Origin: Ginglymostoma cirratum
Lineage: Eukaryota
Direction of reading: 5' to 3'
Length of the DNA: 64,000 nucleotides
Assembly (NCBI GenBank): GCA_024137785.1
Contig: JAHRHZ010000266.1
Location: forward strand, 124,001-188,000
Position 1 is the first letter of the stretch. Each line of letters starts with the position of its first letter. Of the stretch, positions 26,436-40,100 are shown piece after piece. Position numbers and translations under genes: made by a program. Below the pieces are notes generated by a model, which saw nothing but the letters and a program-made list of their open reading frames with translations, did no database searches and had not been told where the DNA came from.

Positions 26436-28408
26436 GATAATAGGAACTGCAGATGCTGGAGAATCCGAGATAACAAGGTGTGGAGCTGGATGGACACAGC
26501 AGGCCAAGCAGCATCATAGGAGCAGGAAAGCTTGACGTTTCGGGCCTGGACCCTTCATCAGAAATGGGGGAGGGAAAGAGGGTTCTGAAATAAATAGGGA
26601 GAGAGGGGGAGGCGGATAGAAGATGGATAGAGGAGAGGATAGGTGGAGAGGAGGCAGACAAGTCAAAGAGGCAGGGATGGCCTAAAGGCCCTCCGCTTCT
26701 TCCTGTCCCGCAGAACGGACCAATCCCCCTCCACTGACACCCTCATCCGCTTAGCCAAACTCGTCCTCACCCTCAACAAATTCTCTTTCAATTCCTCCCA
26801 CTTCCTACAGACAAAGGGGGTGGCCATGGGTACCCGCATGGGCCCAAGCTATGCCTGCCTCTTTGTAGGTTATGTGGAACAATCCCTCTTCCTTACCTAC
26901 ACTGGCCCTAAACCCCACCTCTTCCTCTGTTACATTGATGACTGTATCGGTGCCGCCTCGTGCTCCCACGAGGAGCTCAAACAGTTCATCCACTTCACCA
27001 ACACCTTCCACCCCAACCTGAAGTTCACCTGGACCATCTCGAACACCTCTCTCTTCTTCTTGGACCTCTCTGTCTCCATCTCGGGTAACCGCCTAGAAAC
27101 CGATATCCATTTCAAGCCCACTGACTCCCACAGCTACCTAGAATACACCTCCTCCCACCCACCTTCATGCAAAAATGCCATCCCCTATTCCCAATTCCTT
27201 TGCCTCCACCGTATCTGCTCCCAGGGTGAGGCATTCCACTCCCGCACATCTCAGATGTCCTCATTCTTCAAGGACCGCAACATCCCCCCGGCAGTGGTCG
27301 AGAACGCCCTCGACCGTGTCGCCCACATTTCCCGCAACTCATCCCTCACACCCCATCCACACAATAACAACCGAAAAAGAATCCCCCTCGTCCTCACGTA
27401 CCACCCCACCAACCTCCGGATCCAACGCATCATCCTCCGACACTTCCACCATCTGCAATCCGACACCACCACCAAAGACATTTTTCCCTCCCCACTCTTG
27501 TCTTCTTTCCGGAGGGACCACTCTCTCCGTGACTCCCTTGTCCACTGCACACTCCCCTCCAGCCCCACCACACCCAGCACTTTTCCCTGCAACTGCAGGA
27601 AGTGTTACACCTGCCCCCATACCTCCTCCCTCACCCCAATCCCAGGCCCCAAGAAGACTTTCCACATCAAGCAGATGTTCACCTGCACATCTGCCAATGT
27701 GGTGTACTGCATCCGCTGTACCCGTTGTGGCCTCCTCTACATCAGGGAAACCAAGCGGAAGCTTAGGGACCGCTTTGCAGAACATCTGCGCTCAGTTCGC
27801 AACAAACAACTGCACCTCCCAGTCGCGAACCATTTCAACTACGCCTCCCATTCCTCAGACGACATGTCCATCCTGGGCCTCCTGCGGTGCCACAATGATG
27901 CCACCCGAAGGCTGCAGGAACAGCAAATCATATTCAGCCTGGGAACCCTGCAGCCCAATGGTATCAATATGGATTTCACAAGCTTCAAAATCTCCCCTCC
28001 CCCAACCGTATCCCAAAACCAGCCCAGCTCGTCCCCACCTCCCTAACCTGTTCTTCCTCTCACCTGTCCCCTCCTCCCACCTCCAGCCCCACCCCCATCT
28101 CCTATCTACTAACCTTATCCCGCCCCCTTGACCTGTCCGTCCTCCCTGGACTGACCTATCTCCTCCCTACCCCCCTACCTACACTCACCTTTACTGGCTC
28201 CATCCCCACCTCTTCGACTTGTCTGCCTCCTCCCTACCTATCCTCTCCTCTATCCATCTTCTGTCTGCCTCCCCCCCTCCCTATTTATTTCGGAACCTTC
28301 TTCCCCTCCCCAATTTCTGATGAAGGGTCTGGGCCCGAAACGTCAAGCTTTCCTGCTCCTATGATGCTGCTTGGCCTGCTGTGTTCATCCAGCTCCACAT
28401 CTTGTTAT
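26436..28408 (+). mobile_element. Young 5'-truncated Penelope-like element (family 2) with inverted pLTR
   Basis: Open 467-codon frame 26643-28046: GVAMGTRMGPSYA, YIDD, GIY-YIG region NVVYCIRCTRCGLLYIRETKR; 26436-26680 is inverse to 28200-28408; TSD caatgttttct(t/c)ata. Confidence 0.95.
28317..28344 (+). ncRNA. Minimal type I hammerhead ribozyme motif in the Penelope pLTR
   Basis: CTGATGA-a-GGGT ctgg GCCC-GAAACGTC; near-identical cores at 26534-26561 (-) and 45883-45910 (+). Confidence 0.7.
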
Positions 28409-30774
28409 CAATGTTTTCTCATATCTCTCTTTGTTCTCTTAATTGCTTCTTGAGTTCCCCCTGCATTTCTTGTATTCCTTTAAGGGCCTATGTTATTTTG
28501 CCCATTTCGTACCTGTTATATGACTCTCTTTTCCTTTCGATCCAGTCTTGAGTATTCCCAGACATCCCCAGTTCTCTGGGCTTGTTCCTCTTTCATTTCA
28601 CAATTTCTAGAAAATTCTCGATCCTCTGGCCTATCGCTGGTTTTCCTGCTGTGTGTGCATTAATTTTTGTTTGAATACTCCCCTTGACCATCTTTGTTAA
28701 CCTCAGGTGGTTTATCCTTCTCATGAAGTCTTTCTTTGACCAGAATAAATTCTAGCTCAGCATTAGGAAATATCTCCGTAAATGTCTGCCATTGTTCATC
28801 CTACTTTCCATTTTCTCCATCGGCTAGTTTCCTAGCTCACTTTACACAATGTCTTTTCTTCATTCCTCTATAATTGTCTTTATTTGAGGACACTACTCTT
28901 AGACTGAGGCTGCTCTCCCTCAAACTGATTTGAAATTCTATAATGTTGTGATTGCTATGCCCTGTAGGATCCTCAAATACAGGAACGCTTCATAATTTTC
29001 CCTTATTACACATCACTAGATCTAAATAACCTGTTACTGGACAGATTCTGCGATGCGCTTCTCTAAGACACAATCCCTTCTGAATTCAAGACATTAATTT
29101 CTCTTATTATCCTTGCCTATCTGATTTGTTGAGTCAATATGCAGATTAACATGACCCATGACAATTGTAGTACCTTTCTTGCACACCTCCACTATTTCTA
29201 GGTTTATAATTTTTCCTGCAGTGAGGCAATTTTTGGCCTATAAACAACTCCCACCAGTGATTCCTTTGCCTTGATAGTCCTTACTTCCACCTAAACCAAT
29301 TCCACATCATGATCATTTGCATTTATATTATTCCTCACCACCACACAATGCGATCCCACCTCCTTTCACCTTTTGTCAATTTTTCCAGACAGATGAAGAG
29401 TCCAGAGTACTAATTTTTTAACATCCTTTCTTACCTTGGTGCTAATTTCCACTACACCTTTCCGTATATATTTTCTACACCTTCCCATCACACTTTGATT
29501 ATCATTCACCTCTTCAATAGTCTGCACTTTCAACTCTCTCATTTCTTTTTAATTGGTTGAGAGGGAACCTGATAGAATATGTACGATTTTGAGTGCACGG
29601 GCAGGATTGATAAGAAAGTGTTTTTTTTTTCATTCGTACAGGGACCAGTAACTATCTATATTGATTTAGATAAGAGATAGAGGGTGACAGGAGAGTTAAG
29701 GAGATTTTTTTTCACCCTTAAAGGGTGATAAGAGTCTGGTGCTCACTGCCAGAAAACGCGGTTGAGTTAGACATGCTAGTAACATTTGTATTTAGATGTT
29801 CATTTGTGCTTCTATTTGCCTCGTCAGTAGCCTCCACCTCTGCTCGCTCTCATCTTTTTGAGTTTTCAAACTTCCCTCCAACTGAATCCCACACCCATCC
29901 GTCTTGATCCAGTCTTGAGTATTCCCAGACATCATGGGCTTGTTGTTCTTTAATTTCAGAATTTCTAGAAAATTCTCAATCCTCTGGCCTATCGCTGGTT
30001 TTTCTGCCCATCCCCACCCTCGTCCCTACCTAACTAATTCATTTAAAGCCCTCAATAAGTTGCTTATGAAGGCTTTTAGATCAACAGCTGTAAAATGGGA
30101 CAAGTAGAGTCTGATGGTTGTTGACTGATACAGATATGATGACCTAAAATCTTCTCTCTTTATGCTGTAAGTGTCTAAGATTCCATGAATCTACAATGAA
30201 AACTTGAAGGACTGAATCTTCACACTAGAAATAGTTAGTTGTCACTGTCTTCATTTTTTGTAAAGCAGATAATTTCTCCTTGACGAAGAAACCACGGTGA
30301 AGGAAAAGGCACATCGCGCTAAACAGCAACAGGTTTAGGAATTAAATGCCAGGCAGCAGACAGGTCATCAAGGAGGAGGCAATTACATGATTAACAAAAT
30401 GGATTTGAAAGGTCAGTATTAGAAAGTACGTACTGTAACCCCGCACCGAGACTGACAGGAGGACCGCAGAGAGACAAACATAGAGAGATCCCATTGTCAA
30501 TACTTCACGATTTCACCCTTCTCACGTGCTTACTCTTGTACTTCACATAAAAATAGGGAAGATACTTGACATCTTGCCAAAGTAATGTTGGTCAATTTTA
30601 CATCATATGAACAACAAATGGGAAGTGTGTGTACGGTCAGTAGCAGCTGAGAGAATGACAAAGCTGTTGTGAAACTGAGGCACCAACCACAACAACAGTT
30701 GAGAAAAGGAGATGCTACATCAGCTTCAAATACAATTCTCAAAATCATCAGTGTCAACATCAAACACACTGAGA

Positions 30775-31130
30775 CCTGGGGCAGGACAGTTTTAGAGACA
30801 GAGTAAAGCTCCCTCAATGCTGTCTCCAGCAAACACACCCAGGACATTTCTGAAGAAGGGTCTAGGCCCCAAAATTCAGCTTTCCTGCTCCTCTGATGCT
30901 GCTTGGCCTGCTGTGTTCATCCAGCTCTACACCTTGTTATCTCAGATTCTCCAGCATCTGCAGTTCCTACCACGTCAGAGACAGCAGGAGGTCGGATATA
31001 GAGTAAAGCTCCTTCTACTTTTTAAAACTGAAATTAACCTGTAGTAAAACACCTTTGACATTGTCCCTATCAAATATCCCCAGGGCAGGTACAGCACAGG
31101 ATCAGATAAAGAGTTTAGCTCCTTCTCTCT
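30775..31130 (+). repeat. Three degenerate units of a ...agagtaaagctcc... repeat, interrupted by a pLTR fragment (30847-30970)
   Basis: gacagagtaaagctccctc, tagagtaaagctccttc, aagagtttagctccttc. Confidence 0.5.
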
Positions 31131-32784
31131 GGTAGCCCAGATCCCTCTGTATTACTGAAGGGAGAGTGACTAGAGACACAGATGGGGCTGCTGTCCTGGA
31201 CCTTCTGTCCTGAACACACACCGTGGGGATAAGCGTTGACCAGGGTCACAGATCTCTGGCTAGCTTATCAAGATACAAATTCGGTGAGTCTGGTTTGCTT
31301 TTAAAGCCAAACACAGGATTTAACAGAATAATAAAGTCTGCAGTGTGTGGTTTGCATGTCATTTCTGCAGTTTCCACAATTTGCTTCTCAGAGCCCCGAT
31401 GCTCTGGGCTGTATCTTGTGTTATTTTTTGGCTAAGTCTGAGCTGCACCTTTTTTTTTTGAGCATTTTTTACTTGCCTCTCCCTCAGTCCAGGAGTGAAA
31501 CAGCCCATAATAGAACAGAAAGAGGGCGTGCTGCTGATCATTCGACTCATCGGCCTCATGTGGAGAGCATCCTTTCTCTGACTGCCCAGAAAAGGGCCAG
31601 GACATATCAGAGTCTGCAATCAGTTGACTGTACCAGAATCCCCTGAGAAAGGCTGTCTCCCTGAGTCAACTGAGGATGACAGACAACTACAACAAGCTTC
31701 CTATGTCTGTGCTAAATGCTAAATGTGACTGGTGGACACGACAGAGGCTGGAGAGTACTGTCTCCACCCACAGTGATATTTTAAACTTAATTCTAAATTT
31801 GATTTTTTTTAATTCCGTAACAATCCCCGTTAAGAGGTTGACGACTTTTAACTTGGCTCTTTCGTGTTACTGGTCTTTTCAGAACAACAACTCGAAAGAA
31901 ACATTTCTGTGTCAAAATGTTGTCCTCAGACTGTTGGGCACTTCCGGGGCTAGAGTCCATTAACACCACCCAAAACAACATTTTCAATTCTAAAATTACA
32001 CTGAAACTTTTTATTATGTTACAGCTAGTTTAACAGCCTGTTAACTTTAAGTTTGGTTTCATTGGTCAAACTTGTATTGGTTATTTCCAAACAAAGCGTA
32101 TAAAGACACATTGCAATGGTCACAGGTATACGTTCAGCCTGACTTGAATACTCGGTACAGCAGGACCTGTAGTGCATCATTCAGGGGAATGACATTTTAA
32201 TTATAATAAATGCACTTCCTTTGAAGATTTGATTTGTATTTTTATACAGCCTCTAAAGGGCTGTTGCTTAAGTTAACTTGATTTCATGGGTTGTCAAAAA
32301 TAATATGAAGAGTATTTTGCTGAAAGTGTTAAGGACTTATGCTGTCATTGGGAAAATGCTGGAATCCATTATTAGGGCGGTCGTATCAGTATTTACATAA
32401 TCATGATGCAATCAGGCAGAGTCAACATGATTTGGTGAAAGGGAAATAATGTTTGATTCATTTATAACAGTTCTTTAAGGAAGTAACAATCAACATGGAG
32501 AAAAGGGTCACTTTGGTATCCCTGGATTTCTAAAAAGTGTTTGATAAACTTTTCTCATGTCTTGATGGGATGTGGGATGTTGCTGGTTGGACCAGCATTT
32601 ATTGCCAACAGGTTCATGAATGTCCTTCAAAGAATGGAATCTGCTGTCCTTACTAGGTCTGGCCTGTGTCTGGATTTAGTCCTACACAATGTGGTTAACT
32701 TTTTGAGCTGAACCTTGCATTGTTTTGGCTGTGTACGAGTTGTCTCGGAGGTTTTAGAGATTCTCACTGTGAGGACCACAGAGT

Positions 32785-33295
32785 CATAGACATGTACAGT
32801 ACAAAAACAGACCATTCGGTCCAACTCATCCATGCTGACCAGATATTCTAAATGCATCTAGTCCCATTTGCCAGCATTTGGCCTATATACCTCTGAACCC
32901 TTCCAATTCATATACCTATCCAGATGCCTTTTAAATGTTGTAACTGTACCAGCCTCCACCACTTCCTCTGGCAGTACATTCCATACTCGCACCACACTCT
33001 GGATGAAAATGTTGCCCTTATGTCCCTTTTAAATCTTGCCACTCTCACGTTAAATTGATGCCCTCTAGCTTTATACTCCCCTACCCTGGGAAAAGACATT
33101 GACTATTCACCCTATCCATGCCCCTCATGATTTTATAAACCTCCATAAGGTCAGCCCTCGGCTTCCGACGCTCCAGGGAAAATAGCCCCAGCCTATTCAG
33201 CCTATCTCTACAGCTCAAACTTTCCAACCCTGGCAACATCCTTGTAAATCTTTTCTGAACCCTTTCAAGTTTAACAACATCTTTGCTATAGCAGT
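32785..33295 (-). mobile_element. CR1 LINE 3' fragment
   Basis: KLERVQKRFTRMLPGL...DLMEVYKIMRGMDRV. Confidence 0.9.
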
Positions 33296-35506
33296 GGTGA
33301 GATTTCTCGTTGTATCTTACCAAATGCATATCATTAACTACCGACCCCATCCCTGTGGTATACCCCACATCCAATTCTATCCCGGTTGTACCCTGGGCTA
33401 TCCCTGAACCCACTTGCCACTCACCAGAAAATCACGAAGACTGAGATCCCTTGCACCCGCACTATCTCCTCAATGCATTCAGGAGAGACTATTGTTAGAC
33501 TTGCACGACAGATGATGACACCACTATCAGGTGTTACACAAATAATGGTTCACCTTTGGCCAACATTTGCCTTTTTTCAAGTCCTTGACAATAAGCTTCT
33601 GCATCATTGAAATGCCAGTGTTCAGTTGGCAGCACCGATGGCAAGGTGCAAATGACTGTGACCAGCAGTTGACTCTCTCCACGTTCACTCTGCATGCTTT
33701 GCAAATGGATGATAAAATTATTACAAATTAAATATACTGTAAACACCTGCTTCATGTACTTGACCCTCCAATGTCCTGGCATCCAGCAGAGGTGAATTCC
33801 AGGCTTTTACCATCAAAGTGACCTTGACTCCATCCATCCTGCACCGCAGGCCCAACCATTTTCCAGTTCCATTTCACATCTAGGGAACAGTAAGTGCTGG
33901 CAGGGAATGTAGCTCACAGTGGACACCGTCAGCATTGGGTTCTGCCAGATCGCCAGGTGCACGGTCTCAAGCTTCCACATTCCCTTTTTAGTTTGCATTA
34001 CCCCGACAGCCCCGTCCACCCATTCTCCCACATGAAAACCCATCACAATGACCTTCGCCAACAACTGTCACCCCCCGCACCCCATCCCCTGAGCCCGATG
34101 TTACACCTCAATGATGTCCACTCTGCATCTCTGTGCTCCCTGTGGAGGCCACGATGGTGGTCACTGTCAACATCAATTACCCGCCCATAGCCTGCCATGC
34201 CCTCCAGTGCCGTTCCACATTCACCCTCCTCCCCCTATCCATCTTGAGATGCCCTCACCAATCATCGTTCTTGTTACCATATCCACAAGTGCATCGACTC
34301 TTCCCCACCCAGGCCTCAACTCCCCCACCCTTTTTTGGTAGTGATTCCCTGACGGTGTCTCTAGAATAATCAATGGATCAATCGCTCAGACCATATTCGC
34401 CCCAGACCTCTGAGCCACTTTGACGAACTTCCCCCAGAACATGACTGACTGGACCCCTGACTTCTCCCAGACTGTCAACACAAGATTCTCCTGATTGCTG
34501 CTCCTGGCCCTACAGCGCTGACTGTTGTCCTCTCCGTGGATTGTAGTCAGCCAGATTTGCTGACGGTGCTTGGCCTGAGTAGAGAATGCGTCTATTTGAC
34601 TGGACTAAGGACTAGTCACCACCCAGTTTCTGACATGACCATCTGCTGAATAAACTTGCAGCTCTGAGGAAGGGTCACCGGACCCAAAATTTTAACTCTT
34701 ATTTTTTTCCTTCACAGATGCTACCAGACCTGCTGAGCTTTTCCAGCAATTTCTGTTTTGTTTCCTGATTTACAGCATCTGCAGTTCTTTCATTTTTTTA
34801 TTTTGAAACTTGCAGGTGTTTGCTGTGTGGGCAGCTGGCATATGCTGTAGGTGTTAGACTGAAGTCTCAGGTTGTGGTGTACAGTAAGATGTCCCTGCAA
34901 GCTGAATAGATTCTGAGTGACGAGAATGACAAGGAGCGTTCCTGTGTATTTGTGCTGCACAGCATGTTAATACAGCAGGACTAAGAGCATTCATCCCTGG
35001 CTGAAGCAGCAACACACCAGAAGGCATGGCCTGGCACAGCAAGCATGGCCTGACACGGCACAACCTGGCCTGGTAAGGTGACGCAAGGGAAGGGATGGAT
35101 TCTGTGAGGATGCAGGTCAGTGCTAACTGAGCGAGTGCTAAGAAAGCTAGCGATCAGTCCTGAGATGCAAGTTAAAACCCAAAGAACTGCGGATGCTGGA
35201 AATCAGAAACAGAAACAGAAACTACTGGAAAACATGGCAGCATCTGTGGACAGAAAGCTGAATTAACATTTCAGGGCCAGTGATCCTTCTTCAGAACTCA
35301 GACACAGACACAGTCAGACAGGAACTAAACGTAAAGGTCACTTTGGGAGAATGAATTGCTGCTCATGGAGATCATTAGTGGTTGAGAATGGGTTATTTGT
35401 GGTAGCAGCCCATGTGATGACAAGGCCTGGTGTATGGGCCCTGATGGATACTGTTACATCTCACTGAGGTAGCACTTTGGGCATCATGCCTCACTATTCC
35501 TGGAGT

Positions 35507-36368
35507 TGTCACAAAAGTTAAAGTTTTTAAAGAAGTTCACAAAATTCCCTAATTTAGTTCAGTTTTAGATCTGGGTTGGCAGAAAGCATAGACCAGGTTT
35601 CTGTACTTCACAAGGATTATTATTTATCACAAGTAAATAGACTCTAATTCCAGAGAAATAATGACCAAAATATAACAGTACTTGTTAAATTTCTAAGATC
35701 CTCATCAACTTCCAATTAAACGCACGCACGCGCACACACACACAATCAAACAGACAGACAGTCAGAAACAAAACATTGTTCTTTGGGAGGAGGGAAAACA
35801 GTTTCAGTTGTTCCTATTCACAGGATCTGCTGAGATGATTCTTGTGCTGATCGGAAAGCTGCTTCTCCAGATGCTGTCACTGGTTTATACAGTGTGGCTT
35901 ATAAAAGGTATGGCTTATCAATTAAAGATCAGAGCTTCCGGCAACTGCTGAAGGAAAAGAAATTAAGCTGGTTTTGCACAGATTTAAAGTATCTTTTATT
36001 GCAGGGGACAGAGCTGATGATGAAAAGTTCCTCAGCTGGTGGAGGTCTGATGGCTTCTCCCTATTTTGTTCACATCCAAAAGAGGTTCAGTTACCAGGAA
36101 CCAATCACATAGTTGTTGGCAGCAAGAAGGTCTTTGTCATTGATGACTGGTCATTAGTCCACAGACCAATCAGCTATACTTCTCTGGCTGAATCACTATT
36201 TGTACACATCTTTGTCTCCAGCTTGTCTGCACCTTCTTCTGTTACTGTTTGAGCCAGCAGCTCAAGACTTACAATGAGTGTCAGCTTACTTGCTTTCAAG
36301 AACATGCAGTAATCCTTCAGCAATCCTTGGCTTTCCAACAATTCTGATCCATTCCAGTCCTCATTACA
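35507..36368. mobile_element. Possible solo LTR
   Basis: TG...CA ends (tgtcac...cattaca); internal (CA)n and layout resembling 12880-13440; no TSD found. Confidence 0.3.
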
Positions 36369-36543
36369 AAAATGCAGAAAGATAAAAAGGCTAAGACTTT
36401 ATAAAATATAAAAAGTACTTTTGAGGAATAATTATGTCATGTTTAAGAGCTGGTGAATCTCATGATGCTCCTTGAATTTGATCTGGGGAACAGTGCAGCC
36501 TCGGTTACACAGGTTCAGTACTTACTGCGAATGCTCACTCCTA

Positions 36544-36575
36544 CTATGTGTTCACAATGGCTGCATAGGTTACAT
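36544..36575 (-). CDS. Gene B terminal coding exon with ITIM, (N)VTYAAIVNT*
   Basis: Branch ctgac plus ttctgtctctttcaaacag acceptor; phase 1; V-x-Y-x-x-I motif then tandem TAG TAG stops. Confidence 0.85.
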
Positions 36576-37079
36576 CTGTTTGAAAGAGACAGAAGTCAGT
36601 GCTGATTATGGTTATAATTTCAGTTTGTGGGTAATTACGGAAAGTGGGGAACATTTACCCCAACATCAGCTCCTCAGTATCAAGGTAATTACTGGAAAGG
36701 GAAATATTTACTCCAACAGTTGTACATTTTGCCCCTCATTCTCTTTACGACCTTTACAAACACATGGGGGGAGACAAGCTTTTTGACCGACAATGAAATA
36801 TCATTCAATGGGATAGTGGAGAATTTGTTCACTTTCCAATTGGTGCAGAAAAGCTACACCCAAATGATGATGGACAGATCGACCAACAGCATTGTGGTGA
36901 GGGGATAGGGCTTGGAGGTCATGTGATCAAACTTCCATGACGCAGCCACCCAGAGTCAGGGACTCTAATAACAAGGTAATAGATCACCCAGCCCCAACTG
37001 ACACTGTCTCACACATGGGAGAATGGGCTTCAGAGGAAGGGGAAAGGATCAGGATTTTGAAAGGAAAAAACTGACTCAC

Positions 37080-37121
37080 TCTCTTCTGAATCAGCAACTG
37101 AGAGAGTCTTGCCATCTTGAA
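37080..37121 (-). CDS. Gene B cytoplasmic exon 6, (V)QDGKTLSVADSEE(N)
   Basis: Acceptor ttattctttttcag, donor A|gtgagt; 42 nt, phase 1-1; 88-bp intron from the previous exon. Confidence 0.8.
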
Positions 37122-37123
37122 CT

Positions 37124-40100
37124 GAAAAAGAATAATCTGTTAGTAAAGAGGATGTATTTTAAATGTTTAGAAACATCACTATGTAGAAAAAAAATTTGTA
37201 GATGGTTACCTTTTCTGTTACTGTCAAACACGATGTTGGCATAGGTACAGGAATCAGGCCGAGCTGTAATACAAACAGTATCCACTCTGAAACTGCCTTA
37301 CTTCATCAGCTTTCCTACTCTAGAATCAAAGAATCTTACAGTAAAACAGAATCCTGTGTTTACATCACAGCTTTACCATTGGAAAATGTTCTATGATCTC
37401 CATGTGAATCAGACATCAAACTGTATTTGGAATTATTTGGACAGGTGGTGCTCCATTAGGCATGTCTTAAGGAGCGACTTAGAAGGGGGAAAGAGAGTTG
37501 AAGAGTTTTATATGGGATTCTTAGAATCTTGGAGATTGAAAACATTGGCACCAGTGATTTTGTTATTACAGTCAATTTAAACCACCTACCAGTCCGCTCT
37601 CTCCAGTGAGAGATCAGCGTTATGCCCCCTGGGATTAAGGTAAGTTTATATTTACGGTAAGGCATATGGAGGAGCCAGAACTGGAGGCAGGAGGTAGTCT
37701 CAATGGATTGTAGGTGTATGAGTATATTACAGAGACAGACCCACTGCTGTGGAGAAATTTGAACCTGAGGACAATAATCTTTAATTTATGCTTTTTTCAA
37801 CTTGTGAGCAGTTCTGGGTACCACATCTTGGGAAGTATAGTTTGAGCTGAGAAAGAAAGTGGTGCGGAATAAAGATATCTGCTCTCACACAGTTCAATTA
37901 CAAGTAGTTCTGTCACAAATTAAGTTTGTATCTCTTTGGACTGGAAGGTTTGGGGGTGATTTGATTGAAGTTCTCAAGGTAAGGAGATCATAAATGATCT
38001 TTCGGCATTCACCAAAGTGGGATGACTCAGATGACACGGGGATTCCTGATTCGATGATTACCAATGCTTACACAGGGTTTCCAATTTTCTCATAGTCCCA
38101 TGGTTCAGGTCACAAACCCTGCTCCCAGCACTCCTGAGCCTGGCCACTCCATTGCAGAGGAAACCCATCCTGCTCATCCAAAATTTTCATCCAGTTGGTC
38201 CAGGATTTTAAAGAGTCATGGTTCACAGCATCTCAAAGATATTGGCCAGCCAGTGATACCCAGGGCTCATGAGTGAATAAAAAAAGTCCTGCCCCTTACC
38301 GTAAATCAATCCCCCCTGGCCATTTAGCATTCCATCTGAGGAAATGCTTTTCATGTCTCCCCTGTTTATTCCCTTCATAGTTTTATGCCTCTCAATTGTC
38401 CCCTCTCAATCTCCTCTGACCTAAAGAAAACAGTCTGTCCAATCTCTCTTCAGAACTGAAACTCTCCAGCCCAGGCAACATCCCGGTAAATCTCCTCTCC
38501 ACCCTCTTCAGTGCAATCACATCCCCTCTATTATGTGGGATTGATGTAATGATTAATGTAATGATTTCTGAAGAAGGGTCCAGACCAGAAATGTCAGCTT
38601 TCCTGGTCCTCTGACGCTGCTTGGCCTGCTGTGTTCATCCAGCTCCACACCTTGTTATCTCAGATTCTCCAGCACCTGCAGTTCCTACTATCTCCTTCTA
38701 TAATGTGGATTCCGGAACCGCATACAATACACTAGCTGTGGCCTGACCAAATTTTCATTGAGTTCCAGCATAATCTCCCTGCTCTTACCTAAACTCTCTG
38801 CCTCAACTAATAAAGGAAAGTATCCCATAAATCTTTTTAACCACTTCATCCACCTGTCCTGTTTTGCTGGTCCCACTCTTTTTCTTTACTGGCACTGTAC
38901 TATCCCTGTTTCCTTCTTGAATGCATCTCAGTACATACCTTGTCTGGCCTGCCTGTGACTCCAGTCCCACAAAAGGACACTGGTTTAAGGTGCACTAAGT
39001 GTTAAAAAATGAGAGGGGTTGTCAGCGAGCGGATTTATACAGGGCTGCAAGGTGTCACATGCTCAAAGAGGAAGCCAATGTCATCAGTAAGTGATGGAAA
39101 GCAACAGCCAGCCTCAAAGATTACACTGCTGGAAGTCTGCATTCAGAAACATTTTACAGGATGATTTAATTTTATTTTCTTAAATGGAGAATACAGAAAC
39201 AGATTTTTTTAATATAAAGAAGCAAAGATTTGTCTCCCCTCCATCCTGGAAGTGAGTGAGGAAGTTGGTAGAGGCCTTGTGCAGAATCTTTGTATTCTAT
39301 TTAGTTATGGTACAGGTCCCAGAACACTGGAGAATAGCCAAAATTGTTCCTTTGTTTAACAGCAGCAGAGGTATTCTGAGAAATTATAGGCCAATGATGT
39401 GTCAGTGGTAGGGAAATTACTGGAGAAGATTCTTAGGGACAGAATTTTCTCATATTTGAAAAAATATGGATTTCTTAACAATAGGCAATATGGCTTTGAC
39501 CAGTGAAGATCGTGTCTTACAAACTCGATTCAGCTTTTTGAGGAAGTTTGATGGCTGATGAGGACAGGGGAGTAAGTGTTGTCAACATTGACTTTCATAA
39601 GGCCTTTGACAAGGTTCCATTATGGCAGGCTGATGCAGAAGTTGAAGTCACGCAGATCTGCGGAGGGATGGTAAGGTGGATACAGACTTGGCTTAGTCAT
39701 AGAAGACAGAGAGTAGTAGTGGAAGGGTGCTTTTCTGACTGGATATCTGTGAGCAGTGGTGTTCAGCAGGGATCAGTGCTGGGACCCTGTTATTTATTAT
39801 ATATGTAAATATTTTGAAGGATATTGTATATGTTCTGATTAATAAGTTTGCAGATGACACAAACATTGGGGAACTGTTGATGGTAAGAAGGATTACCAAA
39901 GGATACAGCAGAATATAGATTGGCTGGAGACTTGAGCTGAGAAGTGGCAGATGGAATTTAATCCGAACAAATGTGAGATGATGAATTTTGGAAGGTCTAA
40001 TGCAGGAGTAAAGTATGCAGTAAATGACAGAACCCTTAGAAGAGATAACATGCAGAGGGATCTGGTTGTGCAGGTCCACTGTTCCCTGAAAGTGGCAATG

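Noticed and set aside
27175-28131. 318-aa Pro/Ser/Thr-rich ORF and antisense ORFs overlapping the PLE
   Set aside because: Shadow frames of the C-rich Penelope ORF
31240-31720. Plus-strand exon-like sequence with YQSL, YQNP and YNKL resembling an ITAM tail
   Set aside because: Needs a frameshift, spacing is too short for an ITAM, the second motif lacks L/I, and no consistent exon chain was found
32060-32130. Two inverted CCAAT motifs plus TATAAA as a promoter
   Set aside because: No downstream gene structure; motifs this short are expected by chance in AT-rich DNA
33300-35160. Possible PIF/Harbinger relic
   Set aside because: No transposase motif, TIR or TSD could be identified by eye
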